Origin: Tubulanus polymorphus
Taxonomy: Eukaryota > Animalia > Nemertea
Length of the DNA: 64,000 nucleotides
Assembly: GCF_964204645.1 (NCBI RefSeq)
Contig: NC_134031.1
Span: 8,308,001-8,372,000 of the forward strand
Direction: 5' to 3'
Below are positions 12,625-25,900 of the stretch, one piece after another. The translations under genes and the position numbers were made by a program. The notes below the pieces were generated by a model. The model had not been told where the DNA came from. It did no database searches and saw nothing but the letters and a program-made list of their open reading frames with translations. Position 1 is the stretch's first letter. The number at the start of each line of letters is the position of its first letter.

Positions 12625-14566
12625 TATAGGCCCTTTTCAGTTCTTCCTCCTTAGATTTAGCCCGTTCCAAAAATTTGGAACCGATTTTTTGCGTGCGTGA
12701 ATGCTTGATCCAAATTTAAACCGGTCTAAATAACGCCGTGTGAGCGAGCCATATTATTCTCAATCTACATCTGTACGTACATTATACGTTTGATAAAAAA
12801 TGATGCTCTCCAAATGTTTAACAACTCATCTTGGACAATTTGGTAACTTTTGAGTATTGGAAAAGTCACGCAATAAGGAACGTAGGTCATATATGTCTAT
12901 CAAATAGTTCATGAAATAAAGCCGTAAATGATCAGTAAGAATGTATCCTTTTTTTAAAAATCCATTTAGATTATCGCATCTGGTATTTTTGGGGGATTTT
13001 ATGGAGGTGGCTTCTCCAATGAAAATAACATCTTAGGATCCTGAATCTGCATACAGTGAAATATTTATGGATGATGAGGATATTTAGATTGGTGGATAAT
13101 TGAGAGACATTGTAAGAAGTCCTAAATGATACAACAATCAAACCTCTTTACAACAAAGTTCCAGGGGCAAAATAAAAACTTTGTTGTATCCGATACTTTG
13201 GTGTCAGGCGCAGTTTTCAAATGCCTTTGAAAAATTTATGTTTCGGGCAAAAAAGTAAATAAAAGGGCACACAATTTGTGCGCCATAAAAACTAATTGCA
13301 TTTTTTTTTTACTCAAAAGGGCACTATCATAAAAGAGACATTATTTATGCTCTATAAATCTAAGCGAAAAAGGACAAATTTCGCCAAAAATCTAAAAACG
13401 GCACAAGCAAATTGAATGTGAAGGCAAATTTAGTGGCATGATAGCAATAAATGGCACTCAAACTCAAACTCGCTCGCTGGGCATTAATACTGGCCCTTTT
13501 CAAAGTTGGCGCCCTTTTTTCACTGTGCTGTAGTCACTGTATCGCCCTTTTTTCACTGTGCTGTAGTCACTGTAGGGCCCTGGCCCAGTTCTGAAACACC
13601 ATGACTTTTATGCAGGACCATTCAAAAGATCCCGTGCAACGTATCACTGAACACGCTATGAGACGACCAACACTTCATTTCCTACCATAAGCTGAATAAA
13701 CCAAACTTATTTAGACTAACAAACCGCTCGAGTTTATCTGTTCGATGAGCTGCTCAGAGTCTTCAAATTAAACATTCTGCATACATCCACTTTTTTTCGT
13801 TCCTTTTTGAGATATTTTGACTTTAGTGGCCAAATTAAATGCATGCATTTATGAGGCACCGTTGTAGAAAATATGAACGGATGAGGTGTTATTGTTACTA
13901 GGTTGTCAGAAACTACGGGAGCGTTCAGTATATAAAAACAATGCTTTGTATTAAACACATGGGTTCGATTGATCAATATTTTCTGCTGCGGCCGCGGGGA
14001 ATTACATTGTAACCGATGAATATTGCTCTTAGGGAGTATTCACAAATTACGTACCTCAAAATCTCCCAGTTTTCTGTTTGTTTTCGTTTGTTCATTTCTG
14101 TTTCAGCCTCTCCTGTTGCCAGTCAGCATAATTTTTTTCAGTATTGGCTATTTTCATTTGAATTTGGGTGCATAAAGTACGTACCAAGATTTATTAATAC
14201 TCCCCCTCCCCCAAAGTACGTACCTTTTTTGCTGACCCCACTCCCCCCATGTACCACTGTACCAAATTCAGTTCCCCTCTCCATAGGGGTACATAATTTG
14301 TGAACGCTCCCTTAAGACACAAAATTTACTCTGTTCTATCCGATATTTCGGTCTAAACGATCTCGTTAAAACCGATGGAAATTAAAGGAAATTACAACTT
14401 TTTTGGCCAGGACGCGGAAACTTCTTCGTTGAAACCAATATCTCGTTATAAATAATCTCGTTGTAACGAGGTTTGACTGTATATAACTTTAGTTAACTGT
14501 ACTTAAGAGTACTTTGATTCAAATGAGGATGGAAATCACAATGAAGATCACAGACTGGCATGATGT

Positions 14567-17500
14567 CTATGGCAAAGCGGGTGGCGGGTCATAACTCTTC
14601 TCAATGCTTTGGTGAGCTGTTTCTACACCAGAGTTTGGACCACTGCGATCGATATTTTCATAATTTCCATGATGACCTGCAGATTGATATAACAAAATAC
14701 ATATTACGAACTATGATAATACGAGAAACACCGAATAGCTAATTTGACAGACATTACTACCTCCAAAGTTGGGCATTCCTGGAATGCCTAGATCGCCATA
14801 AGTACCTCCTCTTTCTTGATGAACCCGATATAGCACAAAACAAGTAAATGGTTTTATAATCAAATTCACAATGCTCATTCTGGCGATGCATTTGTCAAGG
14901 AAGCATAACAGTTTAGTTTATAAGCTCAGATACATATGGGAAATTTCCAGTAGCTATGGTAGGAATTCTGCAATTACTCCCGACTTCCAAACGGCATAGA
15001 GGTTCACTGGGTGATAGATCAATCAGGTGCCATCATCTGCATGGAATTCTGGCATCATTTAATATTGAAATATTTATGAGTCGTTAAAAATTATACTGCT
15101 CCATGTTGATCTGAAACAATAAAATTGCTCAGAAAACATTTTCAGTAAAAATGGCTGGTACCAAAGGATGCCCCGAACCCCCTTTTGATCCGCCCCCGAT
15201 AATATATCCAACCTAATCCCAAAAAAGATCTTCAGGTCAGTCCTCATAGCAATCACAGTGACTTCGTTTTTGGAAGTACCGTACAAATAGGAAAAGGATA
15301 CCCAAGTGAGAAACGATATTCATTTTTAATGCTTTCTAGAAGTAAGAGAAGAGTTCATTAGAACAGGTATTTTCGGTACGATAAAGAAAAAATGGAGAAT
15401 TAACATCATTTGCTTACGTGCTACAATGTCAACTTCGACAATGGCATGAGATCTAGGCTGATATATTGCTATGAAGATGACATCTAATACCACGCTGATC
15501 GTACTTAGTAACAAAAACTGCGCAATAAGAAATAAATCACAAATATAGCAAGCTGGAAACATACAGGTAATTAAATCTGCAGATTTCATTTCATAAACGC
15601 GATTGTACTGTATAACCATAATGAAGATAATCAAACATTTATCCATCATTTAGAGATCTACTTACCATTGCAACGCTTTCAACATGTTCTGGGTACAGGA
15701 TCGCATAGGCTCCAAAGGCAAGTACAAATAGATTCATGTAACTGTACGCCGGTGGTAGGTAATGAATGGACATACTGGAACTGTTAAACGAATAAATATA
15801 TGTTGACATACTAAAAGGTTAACTTCAATGATAACTATGGTTACTACGTACTGGTTGTTTATAACCTTTGCAAATCTACAAGCAAATTCTTCATAAGGAA
15901 TACAATTTGAGAGGAGTGTTGAATACAAAATGAATTATGTTAAATCCAGTGGCGTACGCAGGGGTGGGTTTGTATGAAGTATAGAAATCCATGCAATTTT
16001 TCTTACCAGTATTTTTCAATGGATTCAAGACACCATGCTGTCTTCCTACACCAAAGTTGCAATTTTTTTTGCACACTGATATCAGTTAAAATCCGAAAAT
16101 TCACGTAAGTTGAATCAAACACCCTAATCTGTATATAATCTGATTTAATCTGTTCCTATGGTGCTTTTAATCTTTTTCGTTGGATAAAATACTTTGTGTT
16201 CCCCGAAAGGTCTTTGACCCCAAAAAACTGAAGTTCATCTAAAGACATATACATGGACTGACAGATATGGTATGCTACACATCATTCAAAATAGGGTACT
16301 TACAAAACTGTCAAAACAAAATGCACCACAAATATCACCTGAAAAAAATGAAAAAAGCTATAATCCTAAGGCTCATCACTAGCCGTTAAATATGCCCAAA
16401 TTTTGGTAATCTCATAGTAGGTTGGGCTTTTAATACTGTCCCGTCCCCATTATGATTAAGACGATCAGGTTAGATTTGAATCCTGATGGTATTGAAGCTT
16501 TGCATCAGGCCAACTATTCCGAAACACCTGAAAAACTGGCTTCACCAACCATTGTACCCGTTTATGGGGGCCTTAAAGGTCAGTTAGAAAGTGCAGTTAT
16601 GTGTGCTGAAGTGTTCATTTATAGGCGACCCTAATATTTTCTATTTTTAACAAACACACTTATAAATAATATCACCCTAAATTAATTTCAATTCAATTTA
16701 TAACTAGGGGTCCAGGGACACCATGCCCACTTGGGAAGTGGTTTCAAATGCTCAACAATCTATCAATTTCAATATTCAACGCCCCTGGTGACCATATACA
16801 AAAACCAATGACCTTGAAACCCACCACAATCATAGAACATGTCAGCAGCTACCATTTTGTAATTGATTGTGATGTCAAAATATGTCTCGTTAGTTACTTT
16901 ACTATGCAATGCCCCCTGGTGACCAGATGCAAAACCTTGACCTTGAAACTCACCACACTCATAGAACATATCATGAACTACAACTTTGCAACTGATCATG
17001 GTAACAAAATATGCCTAAGTACCAATCTAATAAGGAAATACTAAGTTATTCTACTATTCAACACCCCCTGGTGACCATATAGAATAACTATTGTTCTTAA
17101 AGCTCACCACAATCATAGACGATGTTATGAGCTGCAACTTCGCAATTCATTGTGGTAACAAAATATGCATAGGTACGAATGTTATATCGAAATACTTAGT
17201 TATTGTATTATTCAATGCCCCCTGGTGGCCATATACAAAAACCAATGACCTTGAAACTCACCAAAATCATAGAACCCGTTATGGGCTGCTAAAATTATAT
17301 GCCGCCATGCTCAAAACTCAGCGCCCTACCTAATGTTTTTACGGCCCTGCTTAAATTTTTTTCATTGTCGTATGCGTAATTTAAGGGAAGCTAAATCACG
17401 ATGTGCCTACAAAGTTGTGAAATCGGATACATGTTCTAGTTGTTGGAACGTAGGCAACTTCTAAGATAACGGCGGTCTCTAGAATGATTGGCAGCTCAGT

Positions 17501-20500
17501 GTTTGGAGCCTACTATCAGTATCTCACGAGCGTGCGCTGCATATGCACGTGTCTTTGATCAATAAAGTTAGTTTAGCATCTGTGGATCATCAATCAATAA
17601 ATGTATGTAAAAAGGAAGTTTATATACATTTTTGTTGACTGCATCATTGATATTGTGCCATATTTATCTAGTAGGATTTTCTTTGAGCTGAGATTAACCA
17701 GTAAAGGTAACACATCAAATAAATTGCCCATGGGCAAAGTGTGGTTTACCTTGAAAGCTAGAGGTTGTTTCGAGTAAGGGCATTGCTTGAAAAGTCCTTT
17801 TAATTCGTGACTTCAAAGTTCTAGAAGTTTATATTGTATTTTATCTTAGTCAAATAAGACCAAAGATAAACATTTATTTATGGTCTACGTCCAAAATTTC
17901 GTAGGGTACAGGTAGGCGTGGCAGGGAAACTATTTTATATTTTCAAAAAAATATTTTTCACGATATGAAAAAATATTCAAATGAAATTCATATGATGTCA
18001 CATATCAGAGGGTGGCTGAATATTGAGTCTTGGAAACGAAACCTCTTCCAATGTATGGCCCGGAAGCTAAAACACAGGGGCGTAGCATTAGATCATTTTA
18101 AATCCTGGAATTTACCACTACACAATATTCAGACCTCGACCTATGCCTATAGTTTGCTGCTTAGTATTTTCAGGTCACAAGAAATTACAAATTATTACAA
18201 ATTCTATCAAACAGAAAACACAGCGCTCATCTGCTACGACGATTATTCAGCCTGTTATCATACTAAACGTGCACGCGCCAAGCAGCGTTACAGCATCACC
18301 ATATAGTAGTCTGTGAACATGTGTTTGTGTGCACAAGCACTCCAACGTGGAGGCCTTATGTAGTGAACGTTCACTTCACTTCAATCTCAATCAACACAAT
18401 CACCGGGTATCAAAATGAAACAATACCTACGGCGATATGTGAAATAATTATATTCTCACCGGCAATGAGCATTTAAAATTCGCACATATACGGCACCTAG
18501 TCCAATGAAACGTTTGCCATCAATGGCTTTCCCGTAATTATTTTAGTAGTGCCGGAATTCCCCGTATATCCCAAAAACAGCCAATCACATTCATTCGTAG
18601 AGACGACGCCCCCCAATCGAGGTCATTGCAATTTTATACGCAAGAGCTAAGAATTTTCCCGCAAAACACAGTTTTTCGTCGAATTTAAACAAAGTTGACC
18701 ATGTCATCGACGGAGGTTCGTCATATCTTCAATCGCATCGATTATACGTCGTTTAACCCGAGAACCAATGAAAAAAATGCTCACATAAAAAAACGTGCCG
18801 CGATTTTACATGAATTGGCTCAATGCCAACCTCATACTGCTGACAAAGGTAAACCAAAAAACAGCAAGTGACCAGTTGAGCACTGGGGTTTGGCGATGGG
18901 CTAAGATTTTATTTCCCGGGCTAAGATTTTATTTCCCGGTTGTTGATAATCTCGCGAGAATGGCGCTAAATATGAACTGCAAATAAATTCAAAATATCTC
19001 AGAAATACCATGTGTTTATATTGTTTATTTATCTGCTATAAAGTTCGGATAAACAATCGGCTGTTAAGGATCAGTATCAGGCAGTCGCGACGCCTTACTA
19101 TATAACAAGTGGACCATAAGGTCCATTTGGTCGAAGAGAGTGTGAGTGGATGCATGAGATGTCATCAGTGAAAACAAATTCATGTTTCCAGGGTTTCCGT
19201 GAGAAATATAGAATTCCTTGCATTTTAATGAAAGTTATTCTCGAATATTTTTCGTATTATAGTTTTCATCTTTGATGGTACAGGTTCGCATTCAGTCAGG
19301 TGTAGGCCTATACTAATTACTGTCTGTCACACCTACTCTCCATGCGACGTTTTGGTCCGTAATTTCGTTAATAATCGGTTTATCTACCTTTATTACGCAT
19401 CAATTTGTTCAGTGAGGAATTTGCATTCAGAAATAAACAATAATTTTCACTTAAGTTGTTTTTGTTTTCATTTATGAGCAATAGTTTACTCAGCATACGC
19501 TCGCGTAATGCTGAAAAATCCGCTCCGCGGACGCTCGGAAACGTTACAGTGACGTCATCACCTGCTCATTAGCATATCAAAATACAGTAGGTGGCGCCAC
19601 GTGACGGGCCATAAAAGCCGTTTTTCAGCATTACGCGAGTGTATGCTAGGTAAACTATCGCTGATAGAAGAAAACACAAACAAATTTATGCCAGTTCATG
19701 ATTTATTTCTGAATGCAAATTCCTTACTGAACAAATTGATGCATAATATTTACAGAACCGATTATTAACGAAATTATGGACCAAAACGTCGCACGAAGAG
19801 CATGTGTGACAGACAGTAGTAGCGTTAAGTCACGTGACTGTCCCAACTTTCTGGCTGGCACAACTTCAAGGCATTTCATCCCTTGTGATTTCGTATAGTA
19901 AAGCGTCGTGCCATTCTCGGGAGATTATCAGCAACCCAGAAGTAAAATCCAAGCCCATCGCCAAACCCCTGTGGTGGAGTCGAGTAGTTTGTGAGGGTCC
20001 GTTTGCGAGTGCCGTTTTTGGCACCCATATACATAGGCCTAACAGACACTGTTATTGTTATATGCCTGGGGGCAGACACAAGATTATCGCTTTTACATTA
20101 ATCTATAACTCTGATACGAGCCCCTTTGACACCAACAAGGTCAAAGCCCACATTCAAAAGTGCATTGTCGTGCGCCCGGAGAGCAACAACTACTTCCACT
20201 TCATTTAGGTCTGTCTGCAGAGTTTCCAGAACCTGTCATGTCAGGGCCCAAGACCTGACATGACAGGTGGGACCTCAGGTGACAGGTCGATTCGCTAAAA
20301 TGAAAATCGTTATGACTGAACCGATGATAGTCGATTAGAAGATATGATAGGCGCGGATTTAGAACAAATGATAGCCGATAAGAAACAAAAAGAACATATC
20401 TTAGTGCTTTCTGAATATATTATTCAAAAGCAAAAAACAAACTATGATGTGTTATGAATTCATTTAAGAATTTATGTTGGTCCGTTTATAAAAAGTTGTT

Positions 20501-22683
20501 GAACTATATCGCCTTGTATATAATAAAGATGCAATGATGGTGAATGATTTGAGAACATTGAAAGAATTGTTTACAATTTATTAATTTTTTTGTAACATGA
20601 AACATGAAAATATCAAGATCAGGCAATGATACCAGTACCGGTAGTGCCTTATGTACTCATAATCAGTATTAATAACAATCAGTATACTCATTATGATTAG
20701 GCCCTATATATTAACATATTTTTATTAATTACTCGCAATATAATTAATTCACCAAGTGCACATATAATTTAAAAACATTTCAGTCCAAGCTCATAAGTTG
20801 ACATAGGATAAATTAGACAAAACTGTGATTAATTAGTGAGACCTCACACGGCAGCTCGCTCCATTTTGCAGAGCTTCGGGACCTGTGGTGACAGGTCTGC
20901 TTGAAAACTGATGAAATAGAAAAACCTGAACTTTTTATGATCTCTATCTAATGGTGAATGTAAAATTGTATGCTTACCATAGATAGATTAAATCTTGAAA
21001 TACTATAAAACAATAATTTTGAAGCGAGACCTCACACGGCAGCTCGCGCCATTTTGCAGAGCTTCTCGAGACCTGTGGTGACAGGGCTGCATTTAAACTG
21101 ATGAAATGAAGGAAAACTTTAATTTTTATGGTATCTTTATAGTAATGAGTATAATATCAATTGCTAACCGAGTTAATCTTAAGTTACTATAAAACAATAA
21201 TTATGAAGCGAGACCTCACACGGCAGCTCGCGCCATTTTGCAGAGCTTCTCGAGACCTGTGGTGACAGGTCTGCATTAAAACTGATGAAATGAAGGAAAA
21301 CATTAATTTTTATGGTCTCTTTATAGTAATGAGTATAATATCAATTGCTAACCATGGATAGAATTAATCTTAAGTTACTATAAAACAATAATTATGAAGC
21401 GAGACCTCACACGGCAGCTCGCGCCATTTTGCAGAGCTTCTCGAGACCTGTGGTGACAGGTCTGCATTAAAACTGATGAAATGAAGGAAAACATTAATTT
21501 TTATGGTCTCTTTATAGTAAAGAGTATAATATAAATTGCTAACCATGGATAGAATTAATCTTAAGTTACTATAAAACAATAATTTTGAAGCGAGACCTCA
21601 CACGGCAGCTCGCGCCATTTTGCAGAGCTTTTCGAGACCTGTGGTGACAGGTCTGCAAAAACTGATGAAATGAAGGAAAACATTAATTTCTATGGTCTCT
21701 TTATAGTAAAGAGTATTATATAATGGCGACAGGTCTGCATTAAAACTGATATAGATAGAAAAAAAACTTCATGCTTTAAATTGATGAGTTGATTTAAAAT
21801 CAGTCTCAATAAAATCAGTCTCTATAGTGCATTCGGCTCTTTTACATGTACATCATAAAGACAATGAATGTAAATAGTGAGACTTCAGGGGCTGGTTCCT
21901 CAGTTGAGATTTAAGTCAAAAAATGGTCTCAAATTTTAAGACTGGTCTTAAGTTGTTAGATTGGTTATAGTACTAAGATGGTCTTAGATTGGTCTTAAGT
22001 CTAAGCCATGACTATGGAACTGGGCCCAGGACTTCAGGACAGTGAGGAGTGTTGCCGAGCTGTGATAGTGAGCAGATAATTTTCAGTGTCTTATTGCGGA
22101 AACGAAATATCAAGACCTCGATTCATCTAGCGAAAATATTCTCTTATAATGTGCTCTTACTTCTACATTAATCAATTCATCTATGCCTGAAACTTATTTT
22201 TTCCCTTTAATACAGAAATAAGTCATAGTTTACACATAAATATTTTCTTCTTATAAATCAACCTTTCAAATGAATTATTTGTCAGAACATTTTCCTTATC
22301 GTTATTGTTGAATCATTTTCGATATTAACGACGGGTCAGAATATTCATTCAACTCAAAATGTTCTTCCATTCGTCTAGCACATGCCTAGATATTTCGCCG
22401 TTTCGTCAAATATTGTCATGAGTTTGGGTTTTTTCGGGACCTGACATGACAGGTCAGACCTGTCATGTCAGGTCTTAAGACCTGACATGACAGGTTCTGG
22501 AAACTCTGCAGACAGACATCAATCTTCCACTTCCGGGTTCGAATTTTGCAATAATTAAATATCGCCATCGATTTTGGACGTAGGCCTAAGCTTACTACAA
22601 AAACTAAACAGAAATATTCCTTGGCTTAGGCCTACATATGATCTGATTATAAGTACCTTAAGTGAGGCGTGCTGTGCTATCAT
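14567..22683 (-). CDS. AGTRAP: Type-1 angiotensin II receptor-associated protein, 7 coding exons: 22683-22657, 16338-16304, 15780-15666, 15517-15418, 15335-15302, ~14879-14761, ~14676-14567
   Basis: Splices to MIAQHASLK-VIFVVHFVLTVF-SSMSIHYLPPAYSYMNLFVLAFGAYAILYPEHVESVAM-FLLLSTISVVLDVIFIAIYQP...-QSIKNEYRFSLG-MSIVNLIIKPFTCFVLYRVHQERGG...-HHGNYENID...PALP*. All junctions are GT-AG and phase-consistent, and the peptide matches the recalled AGTRAP pattern (LK-VIL..HW.LT, RF..GM.I..L.LKP, ERGG, Y..ID). Confidence 0.92.
16702..17290 (+). repeat. Copy of the Helentron-like repeat with ~4 tandem units of roughly 120-150 bp
   Basis: Same start motif and unit as 972-1310. Confidence 0.7.
18881..19973. 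mobile_element. Second, more diverged copy of the P-like MITE at 8402
   Basis: cactggggtttggcgatggg ... cccatcgccaaacccctgtg; no clean TSD. Confidence 0.8.
19320..19816. mobile_element. ~500-bp palindromic MITE with TA flanks, nested in the P-like copy
   Basis: TA|ctgtctgtcaca ... tgtgacagacag|TA; arms complementary over ~200 bp; absent at the homologous position (~8910) of copy 1. Confidence 0.8.
20835..21760 (+). repeat. Tandem repeat, ~191-bp unit, ~5 copies
   Basis: gagacctcacacggcagctcgc at ~20838, 21026, 21210, 21401 and 21592. Confidence 0.92.
21888..22027. mobile_element. Small MITE (GGGC...GCCC ends, Harbinger-like)
   Basis: gggctggttcc ... ggaactgggccc; related fragments at ~39157-39205 and ~40960-41040. 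Confidence 0.45.
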
Positions 22684-22932
22684 ATTTATCAGCTGTTATA
22701 ATGCGCCAATGAAAGAGAAAAACTTAAAATCTCCTTCCCGGCCAGGAAATTGGCAATAGATAGCAGCTAGAGTACAATCAATAATGGATAGCTCCGAGAA
22801 TATCCAAATCAGGGCATCCTCCATATCGCGGCAGTACTATCATATCCAAACCGGGGACTCCGTGTATGGGCGGCCATTCCCGCCAAAAATCAGCGTTTCG
22901 TCTATTTGTCTGTACTTTGACAAAATGTCATA

Positions 22933-25900
22933 CTTGAACTTGAACTTGAACTTGAACTTATATTTATTGCGCCGTATATAACATTTATACATAGGATAAG
23001 ACATGCAATAAATTTACAGGACAAAACATTAAAGAATGACATTAAATAGAGAATACATAATACATAGTAGCATAATCAAAAAACAAAAAACAAGAACTTA
23101 TACAAGAAATAATTAGAAAAGCGCCCTCAGTCGCAAAGCTGAGGAATTACTATGAAATGGAGTCGAGTCTTAGCTTAACCAGTTTATTGACCAAATCGCA
23201 AACAATTGTGGAAATTTCGGGATCGTTGTTATTGTTAGACATCAGAAAGGCGAATTTATCAATGTGAGACATGGTCCTGAAATCGGTAAAAGTGTCCAAA
23301 TACGTGAAAATATCAGACCTGGCACTGTCGGAGTATGAACAGTTGATCAGAAAATGCAGTTCATCGTCAACAGATTGATCTGAGCAAAATTGACAGATCC
23401 TATCGGGAACCGGTATTGGAGGTTTGTGATGTCGTCCAGTTTCAATACGGAGATGATGGGACCCAAGGCGTAATTTGGAGAATTCGCGGCGATTTGTGAA
23501 GTTGTTGGCAACAATATAATTTTCTATAATGAAGCGTGATTTAAATAGTTTGTAGGATCGGAGTTTTGGGTTTTTGTTTGAGTCATTAATTTCTTTGAGC
23601 CAAATGGAAGAATAAAGAGCTTTTATTTTAGACTGCAGTAGATTAATTATCTTTTTTGGATGGTTTGACCCTTGATTGCACCAAACACCTGAGAGGTCGA
23701 GGCATTCCAGAAGTGAGTGGAGACTTGTGCACCAGTTCTGGGTTGAGTGCATGGACGTTATGTTTTCAAGATATGCTTTATATACAATAGTCGAACTGTC
23801 TATTTTACAGATGCGCAGCCAGTAATTGACCATGAGTGGCAAGAAGGTTACAAGTAGAGGGAACTGTCCCAGATCACCACGAACAGCAGCATTAACGGAG
23901 CGTTTCTTTACCCCGAGTAGATATTTGCCAAATTTGATGAACAATTTTTCACAGGGTAGAGAGTTACAGATATCGTAAAAGTTAGATGGGTCTAATTTAG
24001 TGATATAGGCGGAGCCCCATATCTCACAACAGTACCCAATGATGGGGCGTATGAGGCTATTGAAAAGGCTGTAGGCTGTGGTTAGATTGTTTCTGATGTC
24101 TATGGTTTTCAATTTAAACAGGGCTTTCGAAGCATTATCGCAGAGAGTTTCGCAGGCATTGTTGAATTTGCCAGAGGGGCAGAATGTAATGCCAAGGTAG
24201 CTATAGCTTTTAACGATTTCTATATTAGCGCCAGAGAAGCGGAAATTATACTTGGTCAGTACTCTGCCAGATTTGGTGAAAATAATTATCTTGGTTTTCA
24301 GGAGGTTTACTGTAAGCCCCCAAGTAGTGCAATAAGACGACAGATTATCAAGTGCCTTTTGTAGGCCTTTGTGCGATTTACTTATAATGACAAGATCATC
24401 CGCGTAGAGGAGGCAGTTGATACTTGTTTCGTGTAGAGTAACCGGGTCGCAGTTTGAGAAGATATTAGGTAGATCAGCTGTGAAAAGGTTAAAGAGTAGA
24501 GGGCTAAGCACACACCCTTGCTTGACACCTATAAGGGACTTAATTTCTGAACTAGTATTACCCTGGAAGTTGATTTTGTAACGGACATCAGAGTACAGAC
24601 TTTTGATGAAAGTAAGGAATTTCCCTCCGATACCAAAGCGAGAAAGTTTGTAGATTAGAGCTGAACGGTGGATAGAGTCGAATGCAGCTTTGAAGTCGAC
24701 GAAGCAGCAGAAGATGTTCTGTTTGGAGATCTGATTAATGTATTTGTCGATGATTGATTTTAGTGTTAGAATGTGATCACTCGTACGCATACCTTTGCGG
24801 AATCCGATTTGGTACTGGGGTATAAGTTTATTAGATTCCGAAAAGTTATATAATCTATCATGCAGAACATTGCAAAATAATTTGCACAGATTGCTCCCAA
24901 TCGCAATGCCCCGATAGTTTGAGCACGAGTTTTTATCCCCTTTTTTGAAAATTGGATGCAAACTGCTGCAGCGCCAGGCTTCTGGGAAGGTACCCGAGGC
25001 TAAAATTTGGTTGAAAATATTGTGGAGAAGGGGGAGGAGCTGGGAGTGTCCTGCTTTTATCATTTCATTAGAGATATTATCGGGACCTACTGCTTTACCA
25101 TTCTTTAGTCTTGAGATAGCCTTGGAGATTTCAACAGTAGTTATTTCAGAGTCAAGCTTATCAGCTCCCTCAGCGTAAAATTGGTCAGGGAGAATTTCTA
25201 TATTATTTTCAGGAGGATTTAGGGATTTATTAAATGAGCCATTTAAAAGATTAGTAAAATGATCCGACCACTGATTTAGAGTTATATTAGGAGAGAACTG
25301 GCGTTTGTCGATATTTCTGAGTTTATCAAACAGGCTCCAGTACTCTCTAGGGTCTTTAGAGCGAAGATGGTCCATTTGAGAAAGGATAAAATTTTTATAG
25401 TAGGCCTTTTTTTGGTTAAGAAGTTTTTTGTAGGATTTCTTCAGTGATCTAAATTTGAATAACAAAAATTGGTCAAATGGGTTTTTACGCAGGAGAGGTG
25501 TCAGACGTAGTATCTCTTTTTTCTTAGCTATACATTCTGAGTCGAACCATTTCTGTGGGTTTTTATGTATTTTTGGCTTAGACGATAGTTTACTTTTCCG
25601 CTTGAGCGATTTCTTACATGCTTTAGAGAAAATAGAGCAGAGACTATTGATATTATCATTTATGCCAGTCTCATTTTCTAGGAGGGACTTAATGTCATTG
25701 CGGATCTCCTGGGAGTTGAGGGCCTCTATATATTTCTTATCATCCCCTGGCCTCCAGATGTACTTCTCTGGAGGGCGGTTGTCGGAACAACCGAGGGGGC
25801 TAGGGACGCCTGACATGATAGAATAGTGGACAGAAAGGATGATTGATAGCACACTATGTATGGAGTATAGATTTGGCAGGCCAACATTGAAAAGGTCGAT

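Larger units (their letters stand above)
20218..22508. mobile_element. Non-autonomous hAT-like element carrying a tandem array, in AGTRAP intron 1
   Basis: CAGAGTTTCCAGAACCTGTCATGTCAGG ... CCTGACATGACAGGTTCTGGAAACTCTG, with repeated subterminal cctgacatgacagg motifs. Confidence 0.7.

Noticed and set aside
17748-17790. Candidate AGTRAP first exon ending aag|gtaaac
   Set aside because: The local ATG gives phase 1; the 27-bp MIAQHASLK exon at 22683 fits phase and homology better.
20835-21760. CRISPR-like appearance of regularly spaced repeats (also 29110-29990 and the 59-bp arrays)
   Set aside because: Whole units repeat with no unique spacers, there are no cas genes, and the context is eukaryotic.
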